NCBI GenBank assembly: GCA_965232515.1
Contig: CBDDPY010000002.1
Location: 3,008,001 to 3,072,000, forward strand
DNA: 64,000 bases
Direction of reading: 5' to 3'
Source of the DNA: Alphaproteobacteria bacterium
Lineage (GTDB): Bacteria > Pseudomonadota > Alphaproteobacteria > GCA-2731375
Shown: positions 20,514 through 29,971 of the stretch, in pieces
Layout of the letters: each line of letters begins with the position of its first letter
How positions within the stretch are numbered: position 1 is the stretch's first letter
Notes under the pieces: model-generated
Database searches by the model: none
Seen by the model: only the letters and a program-made list of their open reading frames with translations
Told to the model about the DNA's origin: nothing
Translations under genes and position numbers: made by a program

Positions 20514-21248
20514 TCAGATCAAACAGACCTGCCGCAAGCGCTGCCGGCTGGCCTCGTCGAGACCGACCCGGTCGGCGAGATAGGCATCGACGGTGCCGAA
20601 ATTGGTCTCGATCGTCTCGAACGCCGCCGCCAGGTACTCGACCTCGGCCGAGAAGATCGCCGCAATGGTGTCGTCGTCCATGCCGGGCGGCTCGCGGCCG
20701 CCGCGGTCCCAGTAGGTATTGGTCAGCAGATAGTCCTCGAACACCGTTTCGCGCGGCACGCCGAGCGCCGTCAGCACCATGGCGGCGGCCGTTCCCGCGC
20801 GGTCCTTGCCGGCGGTGCAATGAATGATCAGCTGCTCGCCGGCGAGCAGGCGCTCGAAGATGGCGCGATAGGCTCCAGCATAGAGAAACGGATATTCACG
20901 GTAGTTTTCGAGCAGATATGTGCGCGCCGTTTCACGCGGGTCGGTCGACAGCTCGAACGAATCGAGGAACGACGTCCCCGGCCGCCGTTCCAGGCCAAGC
21001 GCCAGCACTTCGACCCTGTCGTGGTCCAGAAAACGGGACGGCTCGTTCGCCCGTTCCTCGGTGTATCGCAGATCGCAGGCCGTGGTGACGCCCAGGCCGC
21101 AAACCGTCTCGACATCGTTGTCTGTGAGTGAGGCAAGCGTGTCCGAGCGGAAAATCGTCCGCCATTTGACGCTGCGGCCGTCAGCCGTCTCATAGCCCCC
21201 GAGGTCGCGGAAGTTCGAGACCCCTTCCAATTCGATAAGCCGGTTCAT
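20514..21248 (-). CDS. Tyrosine-protein phosphatase (IphP/PtpB-like)
   Basis: NFRDLGGY, DLR...E, P-loop HCTAGKDRAG, EDYLLTN. Confidence 0.92.
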   Translation of the reverse strand: MNRLIELEGVSNFRDLGGYETADGRSVKWRTIFRSDTLASLTDNDVETVCGLGVTTACDLRYTEERANEPSRFLDHDRVEVLALGLERRPGTSFLDSFELSTDPRETARTYLLENYREYPFLYAGAYRAIFERLLAGEQLIIHCTAGKDRAGTAAAMVLTALGVPRETVFEDYLLTNTYWDRGGREPPGMDDDTIAAIFSAEVEYLAAAFETIETNFGTVDAYLADRVGLDEASRQRLRQVCLI

Positions 21249-21337
21249 CGCGATCCGTAATCCGTTCAGCGCGCGCACATTGCGTCGCCATTGTTACGAT
21301 ATCGCGACCGTCCGCAATGCCGGATTTGACCGCGGCC

Positions 21338-21745
21338 TCAACCGACACCCGGCAATGGCTGCACCTTAAACAAAGGGTAGAACCGGCGCACGACCCAGCC
21401 GTCGTCAACTCGCTCCAGCAGGACCTGATACGTGCCGAGCCGCTGGCGCTTGAAGCCGATGACGTCGGGCGGCCGCTCACCGTAATCAAACAGCACGGCG
21501 ACGTCGGCATACCAGCGCGTCGGCGTCAGCGGATCCAACGCCAGCAGCTCCAGCCCTTTCAATTCAGCGCTGCGCTGGCGCGGCTCGGCCCATGGGCCCC
21601 GCCGATCCTCGGCCAGCGACCGCCGCAGCGAATCCTCGATCTCGGACGCGGACGGCGGCGCCGGCCCGCCCGCCGGCACCACCGGCACAGCCTGGCAGGC
21701 CAACAACATTGTTCCGGCGGCAAGGCCGACAAGCAATTGGCGCAT
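21338..21745 (-). CDS. Hypothetical lipoprotein
   Basis: Signal peptide with LLAC lipobox and Pro-rich linker. Alternative start at 21772. Confidence 0.6.
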   Translation of the reverse strand: MRQLLVGLAAGTMLLACQAVPVVPAGGPAPPSASEIEDSLRRSLAEDRRGPWAEPRQRSAELKGLELLALDPLTPTRWYADVAVLFDYGERPPDVIGFKRQRLGTYQVLLERVDDGWVVRRFYPLFKVQPLPGVG

Positions 21746-21807
21746 ATCCCTCAAGCTCCCTTCCGTTGCCATATACGCCGCAGAACTGGATTCGTTTCCG
21801 GACTATT

Positions 21808-22476
21808 CTACTCTTGTCTGAACGCCGCGCCATCGAATGTCTCGCGCACGGCGATATCCTCGACCGGACGGCGTTTCAGCTTGGTCAGCTGCTTCACCGG
21901 CTTGCCGAGCGGCACCACGGCGCAGACCGCGAAATCCTCGGGAATGTTCAACAACGCGCGCACCTCAGGTTCCTGGGCCACGGCGAGCGTCGTGATCGTG
22001 CCGCCATAGCCTTCCTGCCGCGCCGCCATCAGCACGTTCCAGACGAAGGGAAAGATCGAGCCGCCGCTGATCACGCCGACCCGGTCCAGGTCCCGGTCGA
22101 TCGACGCCACCACTTTCAGGTCCACGACGAACACCAGCACCACCGATGCATTGCGGCAGGGCTCGACCAGCGCCGGATGCGGCACCGTCGCTTCGGCTTC
22201 GGCCGCGGTGATCTTGCTCGGCACGACGGTGTTGAACGGGCTTTCGCCCGCCTTCACCTGGGCCGTATAGAGCTTGGCCGCCGGCTCGCCCAGCGCCGCC
22301 AAGCGGTCGCGGGTGGCGGCGTCGCGCACGACGATCACCCGGTTGCCCTGCCGGTTGCCGCCCGACGGCGCGAACCGCGCGTTCTCCAGAATGTCGTACA
22401 GCACCGCGTCGGGCAGTTCCTCGCCGGTATAGTCCCGCGCCGCGAACGTCGTTCGCATCACCTCGTACAGCTCCAT
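21808..22476 (-). CDS. Nitroreductase family protein
   Basis: ARFAPSGGNRQG, NVLMAARQEGYGGTITT, VPLGKP; RBS AGGGAGG. Confidence 0.9.
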   Translation of the reverse strand: MELYEVMRTTFAARDYTGEELPDAVLYDILENARFAPSGGNRQGNRVIVVRDAATRDRLAALGEPAAKLYTAQVKAGESPFNTVVPSKITAAEAEATVPHPALVEPCRNASVVLVFVVDLKVVASIDRDLDRVGVISGGSIFPFVWNVLMAARQEGYGGTITTLAVAQEPEVRALLNIPEDFAVCAVVPLGKPVKQLTKLKRRPVEDIAVRETFDGAAFRQE

Positions 22477-22636
22477 CGGTCCTCCCTTTCGTCTGCTACC
22501 GCGAGCTTCGGCGACGAGTGGCGGTACCGTCAAGCGAACGGGTGTCGCGGCCCGGCGCCGGATCCGCAAGCGCCGGCGCGCGGATCGCCGCAAAACAAAA
22601 CTTCAACCAGAATGCCGGCATCAGACAGAACGGCAC

Positions 22637-23257
22637 TCAGTCCGCTTTTCCCCAGGGAAGATAGAAATCGTGTGACTCGAACGACTTAAAGAAATAATCG
22701 ATGTTCGCGCGATTAATCTCTGCCATTCCAGTCGCCGCCAAGGTGAATACCTTTATGTTCGTGAGGTCGAACCCGAGTTCGAGGAACTTCGTTCTCAGTT
22801 GGCCGATCGACTCTCCAGAAAACGTCTTGTCATCCACAATAAGTAGGCGCAATTCTGAAACGTCGCCAATCTCATCCATATGGGGGATATACATCTTCCA
22901 CCGACTCGACTCGATGTGCGGCCATTTAGTGAAAAAATCGATATTGCAGTTGGTATTGGCAAACAGACAAATCCCGACAATGACTGGAATCTTTTTTTCG
23001 AACTTCAGCGCAAGCAGTTCACCAAGAATTCCACCCTTGGAGTCCGGTGAAAATATGACATCCGGAACATAGCTATCTCGCTTCATTTTCTCAGATATGG
23101 AGTCGATCGCTAACAATGTGTCATCCCAGCTTATCGTCTTCGATTCCTTCTTGAGACGAACGTTGTCCCGATACGCAACTATGCCCAAAAGAAATGATAC
23201 GATCGTAATTGCTGTACCCACAATCCCGACCGACAGTGAGATAAGATCGGCGTCCAT
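22637..23257 (-). CDS. Membrane-anchored type I phosphoribosyltransferase-fold protein (AT-rich orphan)
   Basis: N-terminal TM helix, ISWD..PDVI..KGG, PRPP-loop LLIVDDKTFSGES, C-terminal FYLPW as in Gpt-like enzymes; visibly AT-richer than its flanks. Confidence 0.8.
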   Translation of the reverse strand: MDADLISLSVGIVGTAITIVSFLLGIVAYRDNVRLKKESKTISWDDTLLAIDSISEKMKRDSYVPDVIFSPDSKGGILGELLALKFEKKIPVIVGICLFANTNCNIDFFTKWPHIESSRWKMYIPHMDEIGDVSELRLLIVDDKTFSGESIGQLRTKFLELGFDLTNIKVFTLAATGMAEINRANIDYFFKSFESHDFYLPWGKAD

Positions 23258-23490
23258 TCTGACCTCGCATTTGTTTCAGCAGAACTTGTGTAATCAGAAA
23301 TGCCGTCGCTAGGGCGGGTGTTCGAACCGATTCCCGTCCCATTGTACTGCCGCCGTTAAGCCCCGCGAATTCCCGCGGTCGCTCACATGATCGCAGCCGG
23401 TCTCCCAGACACGATCAATTCGGTCTACTCCGCCGTACTCCGGCGCTAGATTACCCGCAGGGGATCGGCGAACGGGGCGGGTTTGCGAGC

Positions 23491-24837
23491 ATGACGACAG
23501 CGACGGAAGTAATCTCGGGCGGCCGCGGCAGCAGGCTCGAGGCCGCGTTCACGCGCGCCGAGCACGACGGCCTGCGGCTGGTGGTGCGCGTACGCATGGC
23601 GGTGGTCATCACCGTAGCGATCTGGATCCTGGTCTCCAATCCCTGGTTCCTGTCAGCCTACTACCTGCCGCTGGTGGGGCTGTTCGGCCTGATCGGTCTC
23701 GGCCTCTACGGGCTCAACAACACGCGGTTCTACGCGCCCTGGATGCGCTACGCCGCGGTGCTGCTAGACGCCTGCCTGATCGCCTACACGCTGCTGGTGC
23801 CGCCACTCACTGACGTCGACCCATGGCCGCCGCAGATGGCCTTCCGCTTCGGCAACTTCGCTTATCTTTTCCTGCTGCTGAGCAGTCTCTCACTGACCTA
23901 TTCGCCGCGCCTCGTGGTCTGGGGCGGCCTGACACTGGCCGCGGCCTGGGGCGCTGGCACCGTCTACGCCATGAACCTGCCGGACTCACTGCCGCAGCTT
24001 GGCACCGACGAATTCGTCGCCTTGTCGGGGCCCGAGCAGCTCGCCTATTTTCTGCAGCCGAATTTCGTGCCGCTGACGCCGCGCCTGACCGAGATCATCG
24101 TCCTGCTTCTGGTCACCGGCACGCTCGCTGCCGGCGTCTGGCGGGCCCGCCGGCTGGTCGAGAACCAGGCACTGGCCGAACGCGAGCGCACCAACCTCGC
24201 GCGTTACTTCGCGCCCAACATCGTCGACGAGCTGGCCCGTTCGGACGAGCCACTGGGCGCCGTGCGACAGCAGGACGTCGCCGTGCTGTTCGTCGATATC
24301 GTCGGCTTCACGCGGCTGGCCGAGGACATGACCGCCGACGAGGTCATCGTCCTGCTGCGCGACTTCCACGGCCGCATGGAGCGCTGCGTCTTCGATCACG
24401 GCGGCACGCTCGACAAGTATCTCGGCGACGGCGTCATGGCGACCTTCGGCACGCCGCGCACCGGACCGCGGGATGCCGCCAACGCCATCGCCTGCGGCAA
24501 GGCCATGCTGGCCGAGATCGCCGATTGGAACGCCGCGCGCGACGCCCATGGCCGCTCGCCGATCCACATCGGCGTCGGCGTGCACTACGGCCCGGTCGTG
24601 TTGGGCGATATCGGCAGCGCCCGGCGCCTCGAATTCGCCGTCGTCGGCGACACCGTCAACGTGGCGAGCCGGCTGGAGGCGCTGACCCGCGACCTCGCGG
24701 TCGAGATGATCGTCAGCGAGGATGCCGCGACGTCGGCCGCCGGCAGCGATGTCGCGGCCGATCTCACCGCCGCCGACCCGCAACCGCTGCGCGGCCGCGC
24801 CGCGCCGCTCGCCATCCGCACCTGGCGGACCATATGA
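23491..24837 (+). CDS. Membrane-bound class III adenylate/guanylate cyclase
   Basis: About 6 TMs then FVDIVGFT, DKYLGDG, GDTVNVASRLE, LRGR. Confidence 0.93.
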   Translation: MTTATEVISGGRGSRLEAAFTRAEHDGLRLVVRVRMAVVITVAIWILVSNPWFLSAYYLPLVGLFGLIGLGLYGLNNTRFYAPWMRYAAVLLDACLIAYTLLVPPLTDVDPWPPQMAFRFGNFAYLFLLLSSLSLTYSPRLVVWGGLTLAAAWGAGTVYAMNLPDSLPQLGTDEFVALSGPEQLAYFLQPNFVPLTPRLTEIIVLLLVTGTLAAGVWRARRLVENQALAERERTNLARYFAPNIVDELARSDEPLGAVRQQDVAVLFVDIVGFTRLAEDMTADEVIVLLRDFHGRMERCVFDHGGTLDKYLGDGVMATFGTPRTGPRDAANAIACGKAMLAEIADWNAARDAHGRSPIHIGVGVHYGPVVLGDIGSARRLEFAVVGDTVNVASRLEALTRDLAVEMIVSEDAATSAAGSDVAADLTAADPQPLRGRAAPLAIRTWRTI

Positions 24838-24999
24838 CCTCACGACGGCATCAAATCTGGGTTACCCGCCGCCTGTAACCTCCGGCGCGCCGATCGCGTC
24901 ACCTATATGCCAGACGGGCGTGCCGTCGCGGACCGTATGGTCCGCCAGCGCGCTCATTCGTTAATTCTTATGCGCAACGACATGTGATAGGGGCAGGCC

Positions 25000-27012
25000 A
25001 TGGCAAGCGAGCAACAGACACCCACGGCGGACGAGACGGCGCAATTCAACTCGGAGGTCGACAGCGACGAGATCGCCCGGGCGATCCGCGAGAATGTCGA
25101 GATAAAGGACCGCCGGTTCCGGATGCAGACCTACGAGAAATGCTTCGTCGGCACGGAAGCCTGCGACTGGATGGTGTCGTCCGGCTTGGCGAGCGACTAC
25201 GCGCAGGCCGTCCTGATCGGCAACATGCTGCTCGGCACGGGCGTCTTCCACCACGTGCTGAAAGAGCACGACTTCAAGAACGAGGGCCTGTTTTATCGCT
25301 TCGCAGAGGACGAGGGCCGCGGCGCCGTGAAGCAGAAGGCGGGCGGCGGCGCCGTCTCCTGGTTCGACTTCGTCAATCCCGGCTGGGATCTCGCCGGCGA
25401 CGGCGACAGCAAGCTGTCGAAGATCCCGACCTATCACGACGACCTCGCCGGCATGCAGCGGGTCGAGAGCTGGGGCGTCGAGCCGCTGGACGCGCATAAC
25501 GCAAAGCTGCTCGACAACGTGCATCCCCGCGAATGGCAGGACCCCAAGCCCAAGCGCAACTACAACATGGTCGTCGTCGGCGCCGGCACCGGCGGTCTGG
25601 TGACGGCCGTGGCCGCGGCCGGCCTCGGCGGCGAGGTGGCGCTGATCGAAGAACATCTCATGGGCGGCGACTGCCTGAACGTCGGCTGCGTGCCGTCAAA
25701 GGCGTTGATCAGCGCCGCCAAGGCCGCCGCGCATGTGCGCGAGGCCGCTGCCATGGGCGTGCATATCGAGGGCATCGATCCGGACGAGCTGGCCGACAAG
25801 GTCCGTGTCGATTTCGGCCAGGTCATGGAACGGCTGCGCCGCATCCGGGCACAGATCTCCGGCCACGATTCCGCCAAGCGCTTCACCGACCTCGGCGTTG
25901 ATGTCTATGTCGGCCGGGGCGTCTTCACGGGCGAGAACACGGTCGAGGTCAACGGCGAGACGCTGCACTTCGCCAAGGCCTGCATCGCCACCGGCGGCAC
26001 GCCGGCGATCCCGCCGATCCCGGGTCTCGCCGAGGCGCCGTTCCACACCAACATGAACATCTTCAACCTGACCGAGCTGCCGCCGCGGCTCGGCGTCATG
26101 GGCACCGGCGCCATCGGCATCGAGCTGGCGCAGTCGTTCCAGCGCTTCGGCGCCGACGTCACGGTGATGGCGCGCTCCGGCCGCATCCTGCCGAAGGAAG
26201 ACGCGGATGCCGCCGAGATCGTCGCCAAGTCGTTGGCGCACGACGGCGTCGAGATCCTCTACAACTGCAAATACAAGGAGGTCCGGCACAAGCCGGCCGG
26301 GAACGGCAACCCCTGGCCGACCATCACGGTTGTTCTCGAGGATCGCGAGATCGAGCTCGACGCCCTGCTGATCGCCACCGGCCGCAAACCCAACGTCGAG
26401 GGCCTGAACCTGGAAGCCGCGGGCGTGCGCTACGACCCGGCCAAGGGCGTCGAGGTCGACGACCGGCTGCAGACGTCGAACGGCAACATCTTCGCCGTCG
26501 GCGACGTCGCCACGAAATACCAGTTCACGCATGCCGCCGACTTCATGGCGCGCCTGGTGGTGCGTAACGCGCTGTTCTTCGGCCGCGACAAGTTCAGCAA
26601 TCTGTTGATTCCCTGGGCCACCTACACCGATCCCGAGATCGCCCATGTCGGCCTTTACGAGCACGACCTCGTCGAGCGCGGCATCAAGTTCAAGACCTTT
26701 ACCCGGCCGTTCGCCGAGGTCGACCGCGCCATCGTCGAGGGCGTGACCGACGGCTTCGTGCGCATTCACGTCAAGGAAGGCTCGGACGAGATCCTCGGCG
26801 CCTCGATCGTGCATCCGCATGCCGGCGACATGATCAGCGAGATCACGCTCGCCATGCAGAGCAAGACCGGCCTCGGCAGCCTCGCCAACGTCATCCACCC
26901 CTACCCGACCTCGGCCGAGGCGATCCGCCAGACCGGCGACCTCTACAACCGCACCCGCCTCACGGCCACGGTCAAGGGCATCTTCCGCAGGTTGCTGGCG
27001 ATCAAGCGGTAG
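25000..27012 (+). CDS. DEP domain fused to a MerA-like pyridine nucleotide-disulfide oxidoreductase
   Basis: N-terminal IKDRRF..TYEKCFVGTEACDWM...AV.IG..LL..GVFHHV...F....FYRF; then GAGTGG, GGDCLNVGCVPSK, ATG, GTGAIG, FTH, IHPYPT; no C-terminal CC. Confidence 0.9.
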   Translation: MASEQQTPTADETAQFNSEVDSDEIARAIRENVEIKDRRFRMQTYEKCFVGTEACDWMVSSGLASDYAQAVLIGNMLLGTGVFHHVLKEHDFKNEGLFYRFAEDEGRGAVKQKAGGGAVSWFDFVNPGWDLAGDGDSKLSKIPTYHDDLAGMQRVESWGVEPLDAHNAKLLDNVHPREWQDPKPKRNYNMVVVGAGTGGLVTAVAAAGLGGEVALIEEHLMGGDCLNVGCVPSKALISAAKAAAHVREAAAMGVHIEGIDPDELADKVRVDFGQVMERLRRIRAQISGHDSAKRFTDLGVDVYVGRGVFTGENTVEVNGETLHFAKACIATGGTPAIPPIPGLAEAPFHTNMNIFNLTELPPRLGVMGTGAIGIELAQSFQRFGADVTVMARSGRILPKEDADAAEIVAKSLAHDGVEILYNCKYKEVRHKPAGNGNPWPTITVVLEDREIELDALLIATGRKPNVEGLNLEAAGVRYDPAKGVEVDDRLQTSNGNIFAVGDVATKYQFTHAADFMARLVVRNALFFGRDKFSNLLIPWATYTDPEIAHVGLYEHDLVERGIKFKTFTRPFAEVDRAIVEGVTDGFVRIHVKEGSDEILGASIVHPHAGDMISEITLAMQSKTGLGSLANVIHPYPTSAEAIRQTGDLYNRTRLTATVKGIFRRLLAIKR

Positions 27013-27022
27013 GGATTGGCGA

Positions 27023-28399
27023 TCAGTCCGTCTCGAACAACCGCCTGAAAAAGGCATTGTAGAAGCGGTCCGTGGGGTCCAAGCGCCGTCGCAGGACGCC
27101 GAAGCTGGCAATCTCAGGGCCGAAGGCGGCCTGCGCCTGATCGCGGGTCAGGTTCGGGCTCTGATTGAACAACGGCTTGCCGCCATGCGCGATGCAGAAC
27201 CGGTTGTAGGCGGTGATGAAGCGGTGCCAGCCCGTCGCGCCGGTCGAGACCGGGTCCAGCGTCAGCGCCGGACCGTTCCGCGTGTAGGAGAACAGCGACT
27301 GCCGGTCCTGGGCGATGTAGTAGCCGACGTTCATCAAATCGCAGCGATAGCCGTGGTCGCGAAAATAGTCCCGGCAGAACGCATAGTAGGCGCGGATCGC
27401 GGCGCCGTAGCCGTCCCGCGGAAAGGCCCAGATGCTGAAAGTGTAGGACGCATAGCCGGCCGTCTCGGCATAACGGATGATCTGGTCGGCCGGGCTGGTG
27501 TCGTCGGCCGTAATCAGCTTCACCATCACCAGCTGCGTCAGCCGGTTCACGGCGTCGATGATCCATGACCGGAGCTGCCGGAACGGCACGAACCGCGTTA
27601 CCGTCTTGGCGAAGCCCGGCCAGAGCGTCGACCAGGTCGTGTTCCTGAGCCGCCATTGCCAGCTGTTCGATCGGATCGGACCCGTGCCCTCCGACCGGTA
27701 TTCGACGACGACACTGTCCAGGAATGGAAACAGGTACAGCATCATCGACCGGTTTTCGGCCAGCAGGTCGTCGAGGCGGGCGACGAAATCGTCGAGGTCG
27801 TAGCGCACATGCTCGACCGCCATGGGCTGGATCTCCTTCACCCGGAAGGTCACCTCGACGACGATGCCCAGCATGCCGTAGCTCGACCGCATGGCCGCCA
27901 GCAGATCCGGCTCGGCCTCGGTGATCTCGCGCAGGCTGCCGTCCGCCTGCACCACCGTCATGGCGATTACGTAGGACGCGACCTGGCCGTATTCCCAGCC
28001 CTCGGCGGCGGAATGGAAGGAGGCGTCCTTGGTGCCGCCGCAGGCGCCGCTGCCCACGGTCAGATTGCCGATCTCGCAATTGACGTAGAACTGCAGGCCG
28101 TGCCGTTCGAGCTCGCGGGCCGCGTCGATGTGCAGCACGCCGGCCTGCATGGTGATGGTCCGCGCGTCCGTGTCGACGTCCAGGATCCGGTTCATCCGCG
28201 TCATGTCGATCACCGTGCCGCCCTCGGCGACGACGCAGCGCGTGGTCGAATGGTGCGAACCCTTGGCGCGCACTGGCGACGGATAGCGATCGTTGTCGAT
28301 CACGACCCGCACGATGTCGTCGATCGTCTCAACCAGCTCGACCGAGTTGGCGCGATAGCCGATCGCGCCGGTCCAATTCCGGATGTCAACGCCTGCCAT
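27023..28399 (-). CDS. FAD-linked oxidase (VAO / aldonolactone oxidase-like)
   Basis: NWTG, RAKGSHHS, QAGV, GNLTVG, SYGMLGIVVEVTF, RRRLDP..RF.N. Confidence 0.85.
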   Translation of the reverse strand: MAGVDIRNWTGAIGYRANSVELVETIDDIVRVVIDNDRYPSPVRAKGSHHSTTRCVVAEGGTVIDMTRMNRILDVDTDARTITMQAGVLHIDAARELERHGLQFYVNCEIGNLTVGSGACGGTKDASFHSAAEGWEYGQVASYVIAMTVVQADGSLREITEAEPDLLAAMRSSYGMLGIVVEVTFRVKEIQPMAVEHVRYDLDDFVARLDDLLAENRSMMLYLFPFLDSVVVEYRSEGTGPIRSNSWQWRLRNTTWSTLWPGFAKTVTRFVPFRQLRSWIIDAVNRLTQLVMVKLITADDTSPADQIIRYAETAGYASYTFSIWAFPRDGYGAAIRAYYAFCRDYFRDHGYRCDLMNVGYYIAQDRQSLFSYTRNGPALTLDPVSTGATGWHRFITAYNRFCIAHGGKPLFNQSPNLTRDQAQAAFGPEIASFGVLRRRLDPTDRFYNAFFRRLFETD

Positions 28400-28505
28400 G
28401 ACAGGAATCCCCCAACCCATTCACCACGTCCGTCGCAAGGCCGCTTTCAGCAGCCCTCGAAACGGGTTTAGGATGATTGTTGCATTTTACATAATGGGGA
28501 AACGA

Positions 28506-28675
28506 GAACTGTCACACACATAGAGAAGTTTCGACCGCATCACTTGGAACTGTCACAATGCGGCAAAGAACCGCTTCTAGGGTGCGGATTCCTGACGGGC
28601 ACGCGGACAACGGCGACACGGCCGGGGTCCGGGAACGTGTGCCTTTTCATCCAATTCTGTCACGAATTCTGACAG
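28506..28675. promoter_or_regulatory. Repeated CTGTCA operator-like motifs upstream of the ABC operon
   Basis: GAACTGTCACA at 28506 and 28547; palindrome CTGTCA-cgaattc-TGACAG at 28657-28675. Confidence 0.5.
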
Positions 28676-28704
28676 CATCTGTTCATCACGCAGGGAGGAA
28701 TGGA

Positions 28705-29874
28705 ATGTCCAAAGACTCAAACGCGACGCAGCGCGCCGCGGCCCGCTTCTCGCGGCGAACCGTGGTCAAGGGCGCCGCCGCCGGCGTCGCCGCCGCGGCC
28801 GCGCCGGCCTATGTCAAATCGGCGTTTTCCAGCTCCGGCGAGGTCAACATCTATGCCTGGGACGAATACGTCTCCGAGGACATGGTCAAGACCTTCGAGG
28901 GCAAGACCGGCATCAAGGTCAATCTGACCACCTACGGCACCAACAACGAGGTGCTGAACAAGCTGCGCGCCGCCAAGGGCGAGGGCTTCGACGTTGTCTT
29001 CCCGTCGGTGTCGGCGCTGCAGCAATGGTACGACGCCAGCGACGAGGACGGCACGGACCTGCTGCAGCCGGTCGACGAGTCCCGCGTCAAGGCCGACCAG
29101 GTCCAGCCGGCGATCTGGGAGAAATCCCTCGACCTCGGCGCCTCGCGCCGCGGCAAGCGCTACGCCATGCCGTTCAACTGGGGCACCGAGGGCCTCGCCT
29201 TCGATTCCTCCGTGGTCGATCTCGACTACAAGACCGCGTCCTGGAACGATCAATGGAACGCCGACTATGCCGGCCGCATGACCGTGCGTCCCCGCTCCGG
29301 CCTCACCACCATCGCGCTGATGCTCGACGGCACCGGCAAGATGCTCGACGAGGCCTATCTCGACGAGGCCAAGGCGAAGCAGGTCTTCGACAAGGCGCTG
29401 GAAGTCGCGCTGGCGAACAAGAAGAACGTCAAGGTGTTCTGGAAGACCGCCGCCCAGCTCACCGGCGCCTTCACCACCGAAGGCTGCGTCATCGGCCAGT
29501 CCTGGGACGGCACCGCCATCAGCATGTGGAAGGAGACCGACGGCAGGATCAAATACGTGGCGCCGCAGGAAGGCGCGCTGACCTGGCTCGATACCTGCTG
29601 CCTGCCGTCGGGCGCCAAGAACATCGATCAGGCCTACACCTTCATCAACTGGGTTACCTCGGCCGAGGGCGGCGGCATGCACGCGGCGCATTCCGGCTAC
29701 AACTCGGCCGCCATCGGCGCCGAGGCCTATCTCGACGCGGCGGCGCAGGAACGCTTCAAGTTCATCTTCGGCCCCAATGGCGAGTCGATCGCCAATCTGT
29801 GGTGGTGGAAGCCGGAAGCCGGCTGGTTCGGCAAGCTGCGCGGCGAATACATCACCCGCTGGGAAACCGCATAG
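28705..29874 (+). CDS. PotD/PotF-like ABC substrate-binding protein, Tat signal
   Basis: SRRTVVK signal, YAWDEY, FEGKTGIKV, PFNWGTEG, IGQSWDG, PQEGALTWLD. Confidence 0.92.
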   Translation: MSKDSNATQRAAARFSRRTVVKGAAAGVAAAAAPAYVKSAFSSSGEVNIYAWDEYVSEDMVKTFEGKTGIKVNLTTYGTNNEVLNKLRAAKGEGFDVVFPSVSALQQWYDASDEDGTDLLQPVDESRVKADQVQPAIWEKSLDLGASRRGKRYAMPFNWGTEGLAFDSSVVDLDYKTASWNDQWNADYAGRMTVRPRSGLTTIALMLDGTGKMLDEAYLDEAKAKQVFDKALEVALANKKNVKVFWKTAAQLTGAFTTEGCVIGQSWDGTAISMWKETDGRIKYVAPQEGALTWLDTCCLPSGAKNIDQAYTFINWVTSAEGGGMHAAHSGYNSAAIGAEAYLDAAAQERFKFIFGPNGESIANLWWWKPEAGWFGKLRGEYITRWETA

Positions 29875-29904
29875 TCGGCTCTTCCATCGGTGTCGCGGTC
29901 CCCT

Positions 29905-29926
29905 CGAGGCGCCCATCGGCGCCTCG
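29905..29926 (+). other. Intercistronic hairpin after the binding-protein gene
   Basis: CGAGGCGCC-catc-GGCGCCTCG with no U-tract; possible mRNA-stabilising stem. Confidence 0.45.
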
Positions 29927-29971
29927 GGGGCGCCTGCCGTGGCACGCTATTGCGTCAGGGGGCGCATCACC

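Noticed and set aside
25000-27012. Call as true mercuric reductase merA or as lpdA
   Set aside because: No C-terminal Cys-Cys pair, no HMA domain and no mer operon. It has HPYPT rather than the HPTxxE motif of LpdA, and no dehydrogenase-complex context.
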